From Kiritimatiella glycovorans (lineage in GTDB: Bacteria > Verrucomicrobiota > Kiritimatiellia > Kiritimatiellales > Kiritimatiellaceae): DNA of 32,000 bases. Of this stretch, positions 1-5,932 are shown in pieces (positions within the stretch are counted from its first letter, which is position 1; each line of letters opens with the position of its first letter). A program made the position numbers and the translations under genes. The notes under the pieces were generated by a model, which saw only the letters and a program-made list of their open reading frames with translations, was not told the DNA's origin and ran no database searches. The stretch spans positions 1,890,001 to 1,922,000 of the forward strand of contig NZ_CP010904.1 of NCBI RefSeq assembly GCF_001017655.1, given 5' to 3'.

Positions 1-180
1 CTCGTGACAGGCCTTGTGCAGCAGGTAGAAGCCGAAAGACGAATCAACACGCTTGCCCTGCTTGGAGAGATTGAACTTGCGGCAGAGCTTGCCCACGTTC
101 TTTGCATCCAGAGCGAAGCCGAGGACCGTGCAGATGGCAATACAGTCCAGCGACCAGATGTGTTGATTGTCGTTGCTCAT
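1..180 (-). CDS. N-terminal fragment of a hypothetical protein running off the left edge (possibly DUF2325-like)
   Basis: ATG at 180 on the minus strand, open to position 1. My translation is MSNDNQHIWSLDCIAICTVLGFALDAKNVGKLCRKFNLSKQGKRVDSSFGFYLLHKACHE, with G/C-rich third positions. It is co-directional with the fld/DUF2023 genes upstream. The family guess is from memory only and is weak. Confidence 0.4.
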   Translation of the reverse strand, partial: MSNDNQHIWSLDCIAICTVLGFALDAKNVGKLCRKFNLSKQGKRVDSSFGFYLLHKACHE

Positions 181-249
181 GCGATCAGCCCAACGCGGCC
201 TGCGGCCGCTGGACCGCAGCCCAAGAAATATCCTCGAATCCGCGAAGAC

Positions 250-327
250 TCACCACGGAGGCACAGAGGCACAGAAAACTCGCCTCCGCCCACCGCGCGT
301 TCTCCGTGTCTCTGTGTCTCCGTGGTT
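250..327. repeat. Palindromic repeat element, short copy (CACCACGGAGGCACAGAG ... CTCTGTGTCTCCGTGGTT)
   Basis: Imperfect inverted repeat with arms of about 26 nt. It lies in the 180-nt gap downstream of the DUF2023 gene. The terminal words match the copies at 1379-1611 and 1856-2021. Confidence 0.75.
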
Positions 328-360
328 CAACTGTTTCTACATCCTGCGCTCTCGCGTGGG

Positions 361-738
361 TCATGCGATCATCCTTTCCACGAATGGGGCTTCCTGGGGC
401 GTACTCCGTGGCGGTTCGCCGCCGGCGCGCGCCCGCTGGAGATAGCGGTCGCACTGCTTGATGCGGTCGTAGCCCAGCATGATCCCGAGCATGAAGTCAT
501 GTTCGGGGCTCAGGCTGGAGAGATTTTCGCAACCGATCCGCCGCACCACATCTACGCAAGCCGCATTGCCGAAGAACACGTTCACGCGGGTCTGTCCGAC
601 CGGGCAGACGAGGTAGTCAATGCCGCATTTCCGCAGCTTTGCTTCCATGAACTGGCGTTGTTCGGCAGCCCCGGTGAAAAGCACCAGATTGCGCAGTCCC
701 TTCCTGTATTCGTAGATGTGGTGCAGGAAGACCTTCAT
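361..738 (-). CDS. DUF2023-family protein (flavodoxin-associated small protein)
   Basis: In the 361..894 ORF, the internal Met at 738 gives MKVFLHHIYEYRKGLRNLVLFTG..., the N-terminus I recognise for DUF2023. Its ATG shares one base with the flavodoxin stop (TGATG). Confidence 0.7.
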   Translation of the reverse strand: MKVFLHHIYEYRKGLRNLVLFTGAAEQRQFMEAKLRKCGIDYLVCPVGQTRVNVFFGNAACVDVVRRIGCENLSSLSPEHDFMLGIMLGYDRIKQCDRYLQRARAGGEPPRSTPQEAPFVERMIA

Positions 739-1247
739 CAGCTCATCCCCAGTTCCTGCTTGAGTTGCGTGACCCAGGCCGCGATCCGCGCGTCCGTCTG
801 GCCGGCTTGGTTGTCGTCGTCGAGGACCAGCCCGACGAACTGGCCGTCGACGACGGCTCGCGATTCGCTGAACTCGTATCCGTCCGTGGCGCATGCGCCC
901 ACGACGGTCCCTCCGGCCGCAATGGCCGCGTCGTAGAGGTCGCGCATGCCGTCAACGAAGCTGTCGCCGAATCCGTTCTGATCGCCGAGGCCGAAGACGG
1001 CAACCTTCTTGCCGGCGAGGCGCGCGCCCTTGAGCGCGTCGAGCGCGCCCACCCAATCGTCCTGCAAATCGCCGACGCCCCATGTTGACGTGCCGAGAAC
1101 CAGTACGTCCGGCTCGCTGAACGCGTTAGCGTCCGCGCCGCTGACATCGCGCGCCTCTGCTCCATCGCCCAGGGCGGCCGCGATCGCTTTGGCAGCACTA
1201 CCTGTGTTGCCGGTCGTGGATCCATAGAACACCGTGATCTTCTTCAT
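738..1247 (-). CDS. fldA: Long-chain flavodoxin
   Basis: 169 aa. MKKITVFYGSTTGNTGSAAKAIA matches the FMN phosphate-binding loop (T/S-x-T-G-x-T). GTSTWG and FGLGDQ motifs are present. AAGGAAG Shine-Dalgarno upstream. Confidence 0.9.
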   Translation of the reverse strand: MKKITVFYGSTTGNTGSAAKAIAAALGDGAEARDVSGADANAFSEPDVLVLGTSTWGVGDLQDDWVGALDALKGARLAGKKVAVFGLGDQNGFGDSFVDGMRDLYDAAIAAGGTVVGACATDGYEFSESRAVVDGQFVGLVLDDDNQAGQTDARIAAWVTQLKQELGMS

Positions 1248-1272
1248 CTCTGACTTCCTTTCTCGCTAGCTA

Positions 1273-1304
1273 GTTATTTGTCATTGGTCATTAGTCATTC
1301 GTGC
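1273..1304 (-). promoter_or_regulatory. Heptamer-repeat leader element (minus strand GCACGAATGACTAATGACCAATGACAAATAACT), copy 1
   Basis: 28 of 32 positions are identical to the element at the feoA/feoB junction (4727-4758). It ends about 25 nt upstream of the fld ATG. Confidence 0.55.
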
Positions 1305-1335
1305 ATCCATCTGACGAACAGGCTTTTTCCAACGT

Positions 1336-1642
1336 GGGTGGCTGATTGACTCAAATGACGGATGAACGGACGGGGAGCTTCACCACGGAGGCACGGAGAC
1401 ACAGAGAAGACTCCTCCGTTCCGTGCTCTCTTCCGGCCCAACCGTTGCGCGGATTTGCCACGGGGCGCGGTGGATCCTTGGGGCGGAAGTCTGTTTCCCA
1501 TCTGCCGCACGCCGTGGCAAATCCGCGCAACACACGGCGGGGAGGCGGCAGAGGAAGCTCCGCTGGCCCGCTCCCATCCGGAACTCCGTGCCTCCGTGTC
1601 TCCGTGGTGAATCCTCGCATCGCTTGAGTCAATCAGCCACCC
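1336..1642. repeat. 307-bp triple-nested palindromic element (MITE/REP-like), containing the long copy of the CACCACGGAG repeat
   Basis: Three nested inverted repeats. Outer: perfect 19-bp IR GGGTGGCTGATTGACTCAA (1336-1354 / 1624-1642). Middle: IR TTCACCACGGAG... (1379-1390 / 1600-1611, extending imperfectly to about 30 nt). Inner: perfect 19-bp IR TTGCGCGGATTTGCCACGG (1444-1462 / 1512-1530). The mirror-image 93-aa ORFs on both strands are artefacts of the palindrome. Confidence 0.8.
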
Positions 1643-1787
1643 AGATTCCCCATTGCAAGAGGCGCTCCGTTCCGCCGCCGCCGCGAGTTTGCCGCCGCAC
1701 ATAGAGTGCGGCCAGACAAACTCATGGGGCCAAAAAACACGCCTGCGCCGTACCATGTCCTTTCCGCCTTTCATGTTCGTCGCGCCA

Positions 1788-1817
1788 AACATAATACGCC
1801 CCGCCGCACTCCGTCAA
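1788..1817 (-). promoter_or_regulatory. Sigma70-like promoter, TTGACG-N18-TATGTT (or N15-TATTAT), facing the flavodoxin operon
   Basis: Minus strand reads TTGACGGAGTGCGGCGGGGCGTATTATGTTTGGCG. About 28 of 34 positions are shared with the dtxR-feo promoter block at 5802-5834. Confidence 0.5.
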
Positions 1818-1855
1818 ACGTTTTTTTCACTATCGTTCCATACGGGAAAGCGACA

Positions 1856-2021
1856 CTCACCACGGAGGCACGGAAGCACGGAGAAGGCGCCGATCCTCCG
1901 TGCCCTCTTCCGGTTCAACCGTTGCGCGGAAAATACGCGCACCACTCGCCAGGGAGGAAAGGGGATAACCCGCAGTCTCTCTCCTGCCCGACACTCCGTG
2001 ACTCTGTGCCTCCGTGGTGAG
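1856..2021. repeat. Palindromic repeat element, medium copy
   Basis: Perfect 13-bp terminal IR CTCACCACGGAGG / CCTCCGTGGTGAG (1856-1868 / 2009-2021). The interior is collinear with the 1379-1470 part of the long copy (...CTCTTCCGG..CAACCGTTGCGCGGA...). It lies just downstream of feoC. Confidence 0.75.
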
Positions 2022-2066
2022 TTCTTGCGGCCCGTGATCGGGTTCTGGAGCCAGCGCCGCAGCCGG

Positions 2067-2372
2067 TTATCCAGGCCGCCGGCCCGCCTGACCGGGCAAA
2101 CCCGCCCAGCCCGGTTGTTCGACTTGATCCTTTTCGCCGCGTTTTTCCGCATTCCCATTTAGCTCGTAGATGAGCATGTCTTCACGGCAGGCCGAGGTGC
2201 AGCCCGCGCAGGGCTTGGCGCAACCGCCCGCGACCAGGCGGATCTGCCCCTTATCCACCAGCGTCTCCAGCATCTTCTCCAGCGCGCCGGCGTCCATGTC
2301 GAAGTGTCGGGCCAACTCACGCAGGGTCAACCTGCCGTGTTTCGCCAAGAGCTGTTTTGTTTCCCTCAGCAC
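2067..2372 (-). CDS. feoC: FeoC-like winged-helix protein
   Basis: Tail of the 2067..3698 frame: (V)LRETKQLLAKHGRLTLRELARHFDMDAGALEKMLETLVDKGQIRLVAGGCAKPCAGCTSACRED. This shows the wHTH plus Cys-cluster pattern of FeoC. A GTG start at 2372 sits 2 nt after the feoB stop. The start codon is inferred. Confidence 0.65.
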   Translation of the reverse strand: MLRETKQLLAKHGRLTLRELARHFDMDAGALEKMLETLVDKGQIRLVAGGCAKPCAGCTSACREDMLIYELNGNAEKRGEKDQVEQPGWAGLPGQAGRRPG

Positions 2373-2374
2373 GG

Positions 2375-4738
2375 CTATGCCTCCACGGTCAGGGTCCGCG
2401 CCCGGGCGCGCAGACCGGCGTACAGGGCGGCCAGTGATGTCAGGCATGCGGCAATCCAGCCCGCCGAAGCCCCCGGGTGTTGCGAGAAGGTCGCACACTG
2501 ATAGAACAACGTTCCGGCAACCCACGCCAGCAGCGTGAGGTAACCCACCGAGAAGGCCGCCCAGTTGAGATTGGTCTCGCGGTAGATCGCCGCGATGGCG
2601 GCCACGCAGGGCGCGTAGATCAGGATGAACAACAGGTAGGCGATGGCCCCGGCCTTGCCGTCGAAGTACTTCGCCATCGCCGTCACGGTGCCCGACTCGA
2701 TCTCCATCTCCTCGGCCACGGCTTTCGTATCGCTCAAGTCGTCGTCGATCCCGACCCCCAGCGGGTCGGCCAGACCTTCGCCGAAACCCTCGAACCCGGC
2801 CGGGATGGCCGCGAAGGCAGCGGCGATACCGCCCCAGAAGTCGAATGCCTCTTCGGCTTCGGCTTCCTCGCCGGCCGCGGCGGCCTCGGCGGCGGCCTCC
2901 TGCTCGGCCATGGCCGAGTAGAGCGTGTCCAGCGTTCCCACGACCGCCTCCTTGGCGAAGAGCCCGGTGAAAAGCCCCACGGCGCCCGGCCAGTTCTCCT
3001 CGGTCAGCCCCATCGGGCGAAAAACGACGCCGACCTTCTTGCTCACCGCGCTCAGGGCCGAGTTCTCGGAATCCTCGTTGCCGAAGCTGCCGTCGGTCCC
3101 GATCGAGTTCAGGAAGCTCAGCGCCACGACCACAACGATGATGACGCGTCCCGCCCGAAGCATGAAGCTCTTCAGCCGGTTCCACGTGTGGAACAGGATG
3201 CCGCGGAAGGTCGGCATGTGGTAGGGCGGCAATTCCATCACGAAGGTCGAGGTTTCGCCGTGCAGAATGGTCCGCTTGAAGAGCAACCCGGTCAGCACGG
3301 CCAGCACGATCCCGGTGAAATACAGCCCGAAGAGGACGGTTCCGCCGTGACGTGGGAAGAACGCCGCGACGAAGAGCGTGTAGACGGGCAGTCGCGCCCC
3401 GCACGACATGAAGGGATTCATCATGATCGTCAGGATGCGGTCGCGGTTGTTCTCGAGTGTTCGGGTTGCCATGATGGCCGGCACGTTGCAGCCGAAGCCG
3501 ACCAGCATCGGGATGAACGCCTTGCCCGGCAGCCCCACGGCGCGCAGCAGGCGGTCCATGGCGAAGGCCGCGCGCGCCATGTACCCCGAATCCTCCAGGA
3601 AAGCGAGGCACAGAAAGATGAAGAAGATCGGGGGAATGAACGTCGCCACGGTCTGGATGCCCCCGCCGATCCCGCCGGCCAGCAGCGCAATCAACCACTC
3701 GGGGGTCTTCATTGCGCCCAGCAGATGTCCGAATCCGTCCACGAAGATCGTGCCGCAGAGCCCATCGAAGAAGTCAATGAACGGCCCGCCGAGGTTGATC
3801 GTGGCCACGAAGACCAGATACATGACCGCCAGGAAGATCGGAATGCCGGCCACGCGGTTGAGCACCACGCGGTCGATCGCGTCGGACACCGTGCGGCGCA
3901 CTTCGCTGTCGCGGCGCACCACGTCGCGCACCAGGCCATGGATGAACCCGTAGCGGCCGTCGGAGATCACGATATCGAGGTCTTCGCCCGTGTGTTTCTC
4001 GACGCGCGCGGTCTCGTCCGCGACCATGCGCTCGACCCCGGCGTCTTTCACCATGCCGAGCGCCAGCTCGTCCTGCTCGAAGGTCTTGATGGACAGCCAG
4101 CGAGCGTTGACGCCCCGTTGCGCGGCTACCGGCCGCACCTTGTCCTCCAGCGCGGCAAGCGATTTCTCCAGCTCCGCGTCATACGCGACGTGCGCCGCCG
4201 AGACCTGTTTCGTCCGCGCCGCCTCGACGATCGCCGCGCGCAGCTCGGGAAGCCCCGTGCCCTTCGAGGCCACGATCGGGACCACCGGACACCCCAGATG
4301 CCGGGCCAGGTGCGCGGTCTCGATGTGGATGCGCCGCTTCTTGGCGATGTCCACCATGTTGAGCGCCACCAGCACCGGCACGCGCATCTCCAGGAGCTGC
4401 GTGGTCAGATAGAGGTTGCGCTCGAGGTTGGACGCGTCAACGATGTTGACGACCACATCGGGCGTATCCATCAGGATGTGCTTGCGGGCGATGGACTCGT
4501 CGATGGAATAAGCGGAAAACGAGTAGATTCCCGGCAAATCCGTCACCTCGACGCGGGTGTCGCCTTCCATGTAGTGGCCATCAATACGTTCGACGGTGAC
4601 GCCGGGCCAGTTGCCGACATGCTGCCGCGAGCCGGTCAAGGCGTTTAACAACGTCGTCTTGCCGCAGTTCGGATTGCCGGCGATCGCTATCCTTAGCTTA
4701 TCCACATCATGACTCCCTCTGGCCGGGTCATTGGTCAT
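2375..4738 (-). CDS. feoB: Ferrous iron transporter FeoB (G-domain plus permease)
   Basis: 787 aa. G1 motif GNPNCGKTTLLNALTG. Also DLPG and the permease motifs (LEDSGYMARAAF, GFGCNVPA). Confidence 0.95.
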   Translation of the reverse strand: MTNDPARGSHDVDKLRIAIAGNPNCGKTTLLNALTGSRQHVGNWPGVTVERIDGHYMEGDTRVEVTDLPGIYSFSAYSIDESIARKHILMDTPDVVVNIVDASNLERNLYLTTQLLEMRVPVLVALNMVDIAKKRRIHIETAHLARHLGCPVVPIVASKGTGLPELRAAIVEAARTKQVSAAHVAYDAELEKSLAALEDKVRPVAAQRGVNARWLSIKTFEQDELALGMVKDAGVERMVADETARVEKHTGEDLDIVISDGRYGFIHGLVRDVVRRDSEVRRTVSDAIDRVVLNRVAGIPIFLAVMYLVFVATINLGGPFIDFFDGLCGTIFVDGFGHLLGAMKTPEWLIALLAGGIGGGIQTVATFIPPIFFIFLCLAFLEDSGYMARAAFAMDRLLRAVGLPGKAFIPMLVGFGCNVPAIMATRTLENNRDRILTIMMNPFMSCGARLPVYTLFVAAFFPRHGGTVLFGLYFTGIVLAVLTGLLFKRTILHGETSTFVMELPPYHMPTFRGILFHTWNRLKSFMLRAGRVIIVVVVALSFLNSIGTDGSFGNEDSENSALSAVSKKVGVVFRPMGLTEENWPGAVGLFTGLFAKEAVVGTLDTLYSAMAEQEAAAEAAAAGEEAEAEEAFDFWGGIAAAFAAIPAGFEGFGEGLADPLGVGIDDDLSDTKAVAEEMEIESGTVTAMAKYFDGKAGAIAYLLFILIYAPCVAAIAAIYRETNLNWAAFSVGYLTLLAWVAGTLFYQCATFSQHPGASAGWIAACLTSLAALYAGLRARARTLTVEA

Positions 4739-4781
4739 TGGTCATTGGTCATTCGTGCCGCATGACTAATGCCCAATGACC
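4733..4781 (-). promoter_or_regulatory. RNA hairpin spanning the feoA stop and the feoB start
   Basis: On the minus strand, GGTCATTGGGCATTAGTCAT (4781-4762) pairs with ATGACCAATGACCAATGACC (4752-4733) at 18 of 20 positions, leaving a 9-nt loop. The 3' arm contains the feoB ATG (4738-4736). Confidence 0.55.
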
Positions 4782-5002
4782 ACTTCGACGTCCACGACGT
4801 CGGCTTCCGCCTTGCGCAGCGTCAGGTTGGACCCGTTGATCTCCACCTCGACGGGATCTCCCATCGGGGCCTTGCGCACAAGTTTGAATTCCACGCCCTT
4901 GCGCAGGCCCATTCGCAGCAGCTTGTGCCGGTAGGCCTTGTCCGTGCCCGTAAACGCCGTCACCTTTCCCGTCTGCCCGGGCTGCATATCCCTGATCTTC
5001 AT
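4766..5002 (-). CDS. feoA: FeoA (SH3-like ferrous iron transport protein A)
   Basis: 78 aa. MKIRDMQPGQTGKVTAF...RLLRMGLRKGVEFKLVRKAPMGDPVEVEINGSNLTLRKAEA is a typical FeoA sequence. ATGA overlap with the upstream ORF. Confidence 0.9.
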   Translation of the reverse strand: MKIRDMQPGQTGKVTAFTGTDKAYRHKLLRMGLRKGVEFKLVRKAPMGDPVEVEINGSNLTLRKAEADVVDVEVVIGH

Positions 5003-5265
5003 CGTTCGTCACCCCGTCGCTTGACGATGACTTTCTGCGCCATGCCATGTCCGAGCGCGATACGCGTATCGCCGACCGCCAGAACCATGCGGCCATCGTC
5101 CCCGCCGATGAGCACGTCCGCTTTGCACCCGATGTACAGCCCCATGCTGCTGATCCTCTCCTGGAACCCCGCCCCGCCGCGCAACGCCAATACGGTCAGG
5201 CGGGCGCCGTCCTCGGCCTCGGCGAGGGGGAAGCTCTTGCCCGCGCGGTCTTGTGCGCTGTTCAT
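4999..5265 (-). CDS. Second FeoA-domain protein
   Basis: The internal Met at 5265 gives MNSAQDRAGKSFPLAEAEDGARLTVLALRGGAGFQERISSMGLYIGCKADVLIGGDDGRMVLAVGDTRIALGHGMAQKVIV. ATGA overlaps with both dtxR (5262-5265) and feoA (4999-5002). Confidence 0.75.
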   Translation of the reverse strand: MNSAQDRAGKSFPLAEAEDGARLTVLALRGGAGFQERISSMGLYIGCKADVLIGGDDGRMVLAVGDTRIALGHGMAQKVIVKRRGDER

Positions 5266-5768
5266 TCCGATTTTGCATCCGCATGGGAGCCACACCGCTT
5301 GCAGGGCTCCTCGTTCTGCGCGTGACGCTCGCAGCGGTAGCCGAAGTCCTTCACCCACTCGACGTGCGCCGCCTCGGGGCAGGTCTTCACGAACTCGGCG
5401 AAATCCACGAAGCGATCCACGATTTGGTTGGATATCCCGTGCTCCATGTTGCAAGCCGCCTCGTCGGCCGCCACCTCATCGATGGACAGTACGTTCACCA
5501 TGAAGTCCCGCAGCGCCTCGTGTCGTCTCCGAACGCGCTGGGCGATGTCGGCCCCCTCCTTCGTGAGCGTCACATAACCATAGCGCTCATGGTTCACCAG
5601 CCCCCGGTCCCGTAGCGTCTGCAACATACCGGTCACGGAGGATCGGTTCACACTGAGGCGCTCCGAGATGTCTTTCGACCGCGCCACCGTATGCTCCTGG
5701 ATGAGGAGAAAAATCGTCTCCAGGTAATTCTCGATGCTAATACTCAACGCTTCCGTCATGGCGGCCAT
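5262..5768 (-). CDS. DtxR/MntR-family metal-dependent transcriptional regulator
   Basis: 168 aa. ENYLETIFLL...ARSKDISERLSVNRSSVTGMLQTLRDRGLVNHERYGYVTLTKEG covers the wHTH and dimerisation helix of the DtxR family. The C-terminal tail is Cys/His-rich rather than an SH3 domain. Confidence 0.85.
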   Translation of the reverse strand: MAAMTEALSISIENYLETIFLLIQEHTVARSKDISERLSVNRSSVTGMLQTLRDRGLVNHERYGYVTLTKEGADIAQRVRRRHEALRDFMVNVLSIDEVAADEAACNMEHGISNQIVDRFVDFAEFVKTCPEAAHVEWVKDFGYRCERHAQNEEPCKRCGSHADAKSE

Positions 5769-5805
5769 CTTCCGATCTCATTCCTTTCTGGAGTTCGCGC
5801 CGCCA

Positions 5806-5834
5806 AACATATTACGCCCGAGCGCACTTGTCAA
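5806..5834 (-). promoter_or_regulatory. Sigma70-like promoter TTGACA-N17-TATGTT for the dtxR-feo operon
   Basis: Minus strand reads TTGACAAGTGCGCTCGGGCGTAATATGTTTGGCGG, about 40 nt upstream of the dtxR ATG. Confidence 0.55.
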
Positions 5835-5890
5835 CAGCCATTTTCTGATTCTTTTCCGGGGCACAATTCTGAGTTGCGTTCAACGAAACG

Positions 5891-5908
5891 TGTTTGCCTT
5901 GGCAAACA
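5891..5908. promoter_or_regulatory. 18-bp palindrome TGTTTGCCTTGGCAAACA, candidate metalloregulator operator
   Basis: Perfect 8-2-8 inverted repeat. It overlaps the -35 and spacer of a plus-strand TTGCCT(5894)-N17-TATAAG(5917) promoter, which sits 10 nt before the permease ATG. Confidence 0.5.
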
Positions 5909-5932
5909 TAATCGCGTATAAGGCAAGACCTT

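Noticed and set aside
1295-1792. 165-aa minus-strand ORF, and the mirror-image 93-aa ORFs 1346..1627 (+) and 1351..1632 (-).
   Set aside because: They read straight through the palindromic repeat element. The two 93-aa products resemble each other only because the DNA is a palindrome. The same pseudo-peptides (TTEARRH, LRVSVV) recur at every repeat copy.
250-2021. Attempt to infer the transcribed strand of the CACCACGGAG palindromes from G-U versus A-C mismatches in the arms.
   Set aside because: The arm mismatches are mixed. Some would be G-U wobbles on the plus-strand RNA and others on the minus-strand RNA, so there is no consistent strand signal.
2477-4648. 723-aa plus-strand ORF. Similar long ORFs: 10669..12417 (+), 27246..29111 (+), 27823..29094 (-), 5831..6595 (-) and 4..936 (+).
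   Set aside because: All are antisense or off-frame shadows of well-supported genes (feoB, cyclase, CaCA and MBL, the RcnA-like permease, fld and DUF2023). Their translations are Arg/His/Gly/Pro-rich with no recognisable motifs, as expected for stop-poor alternative frames in high-GC DNA.
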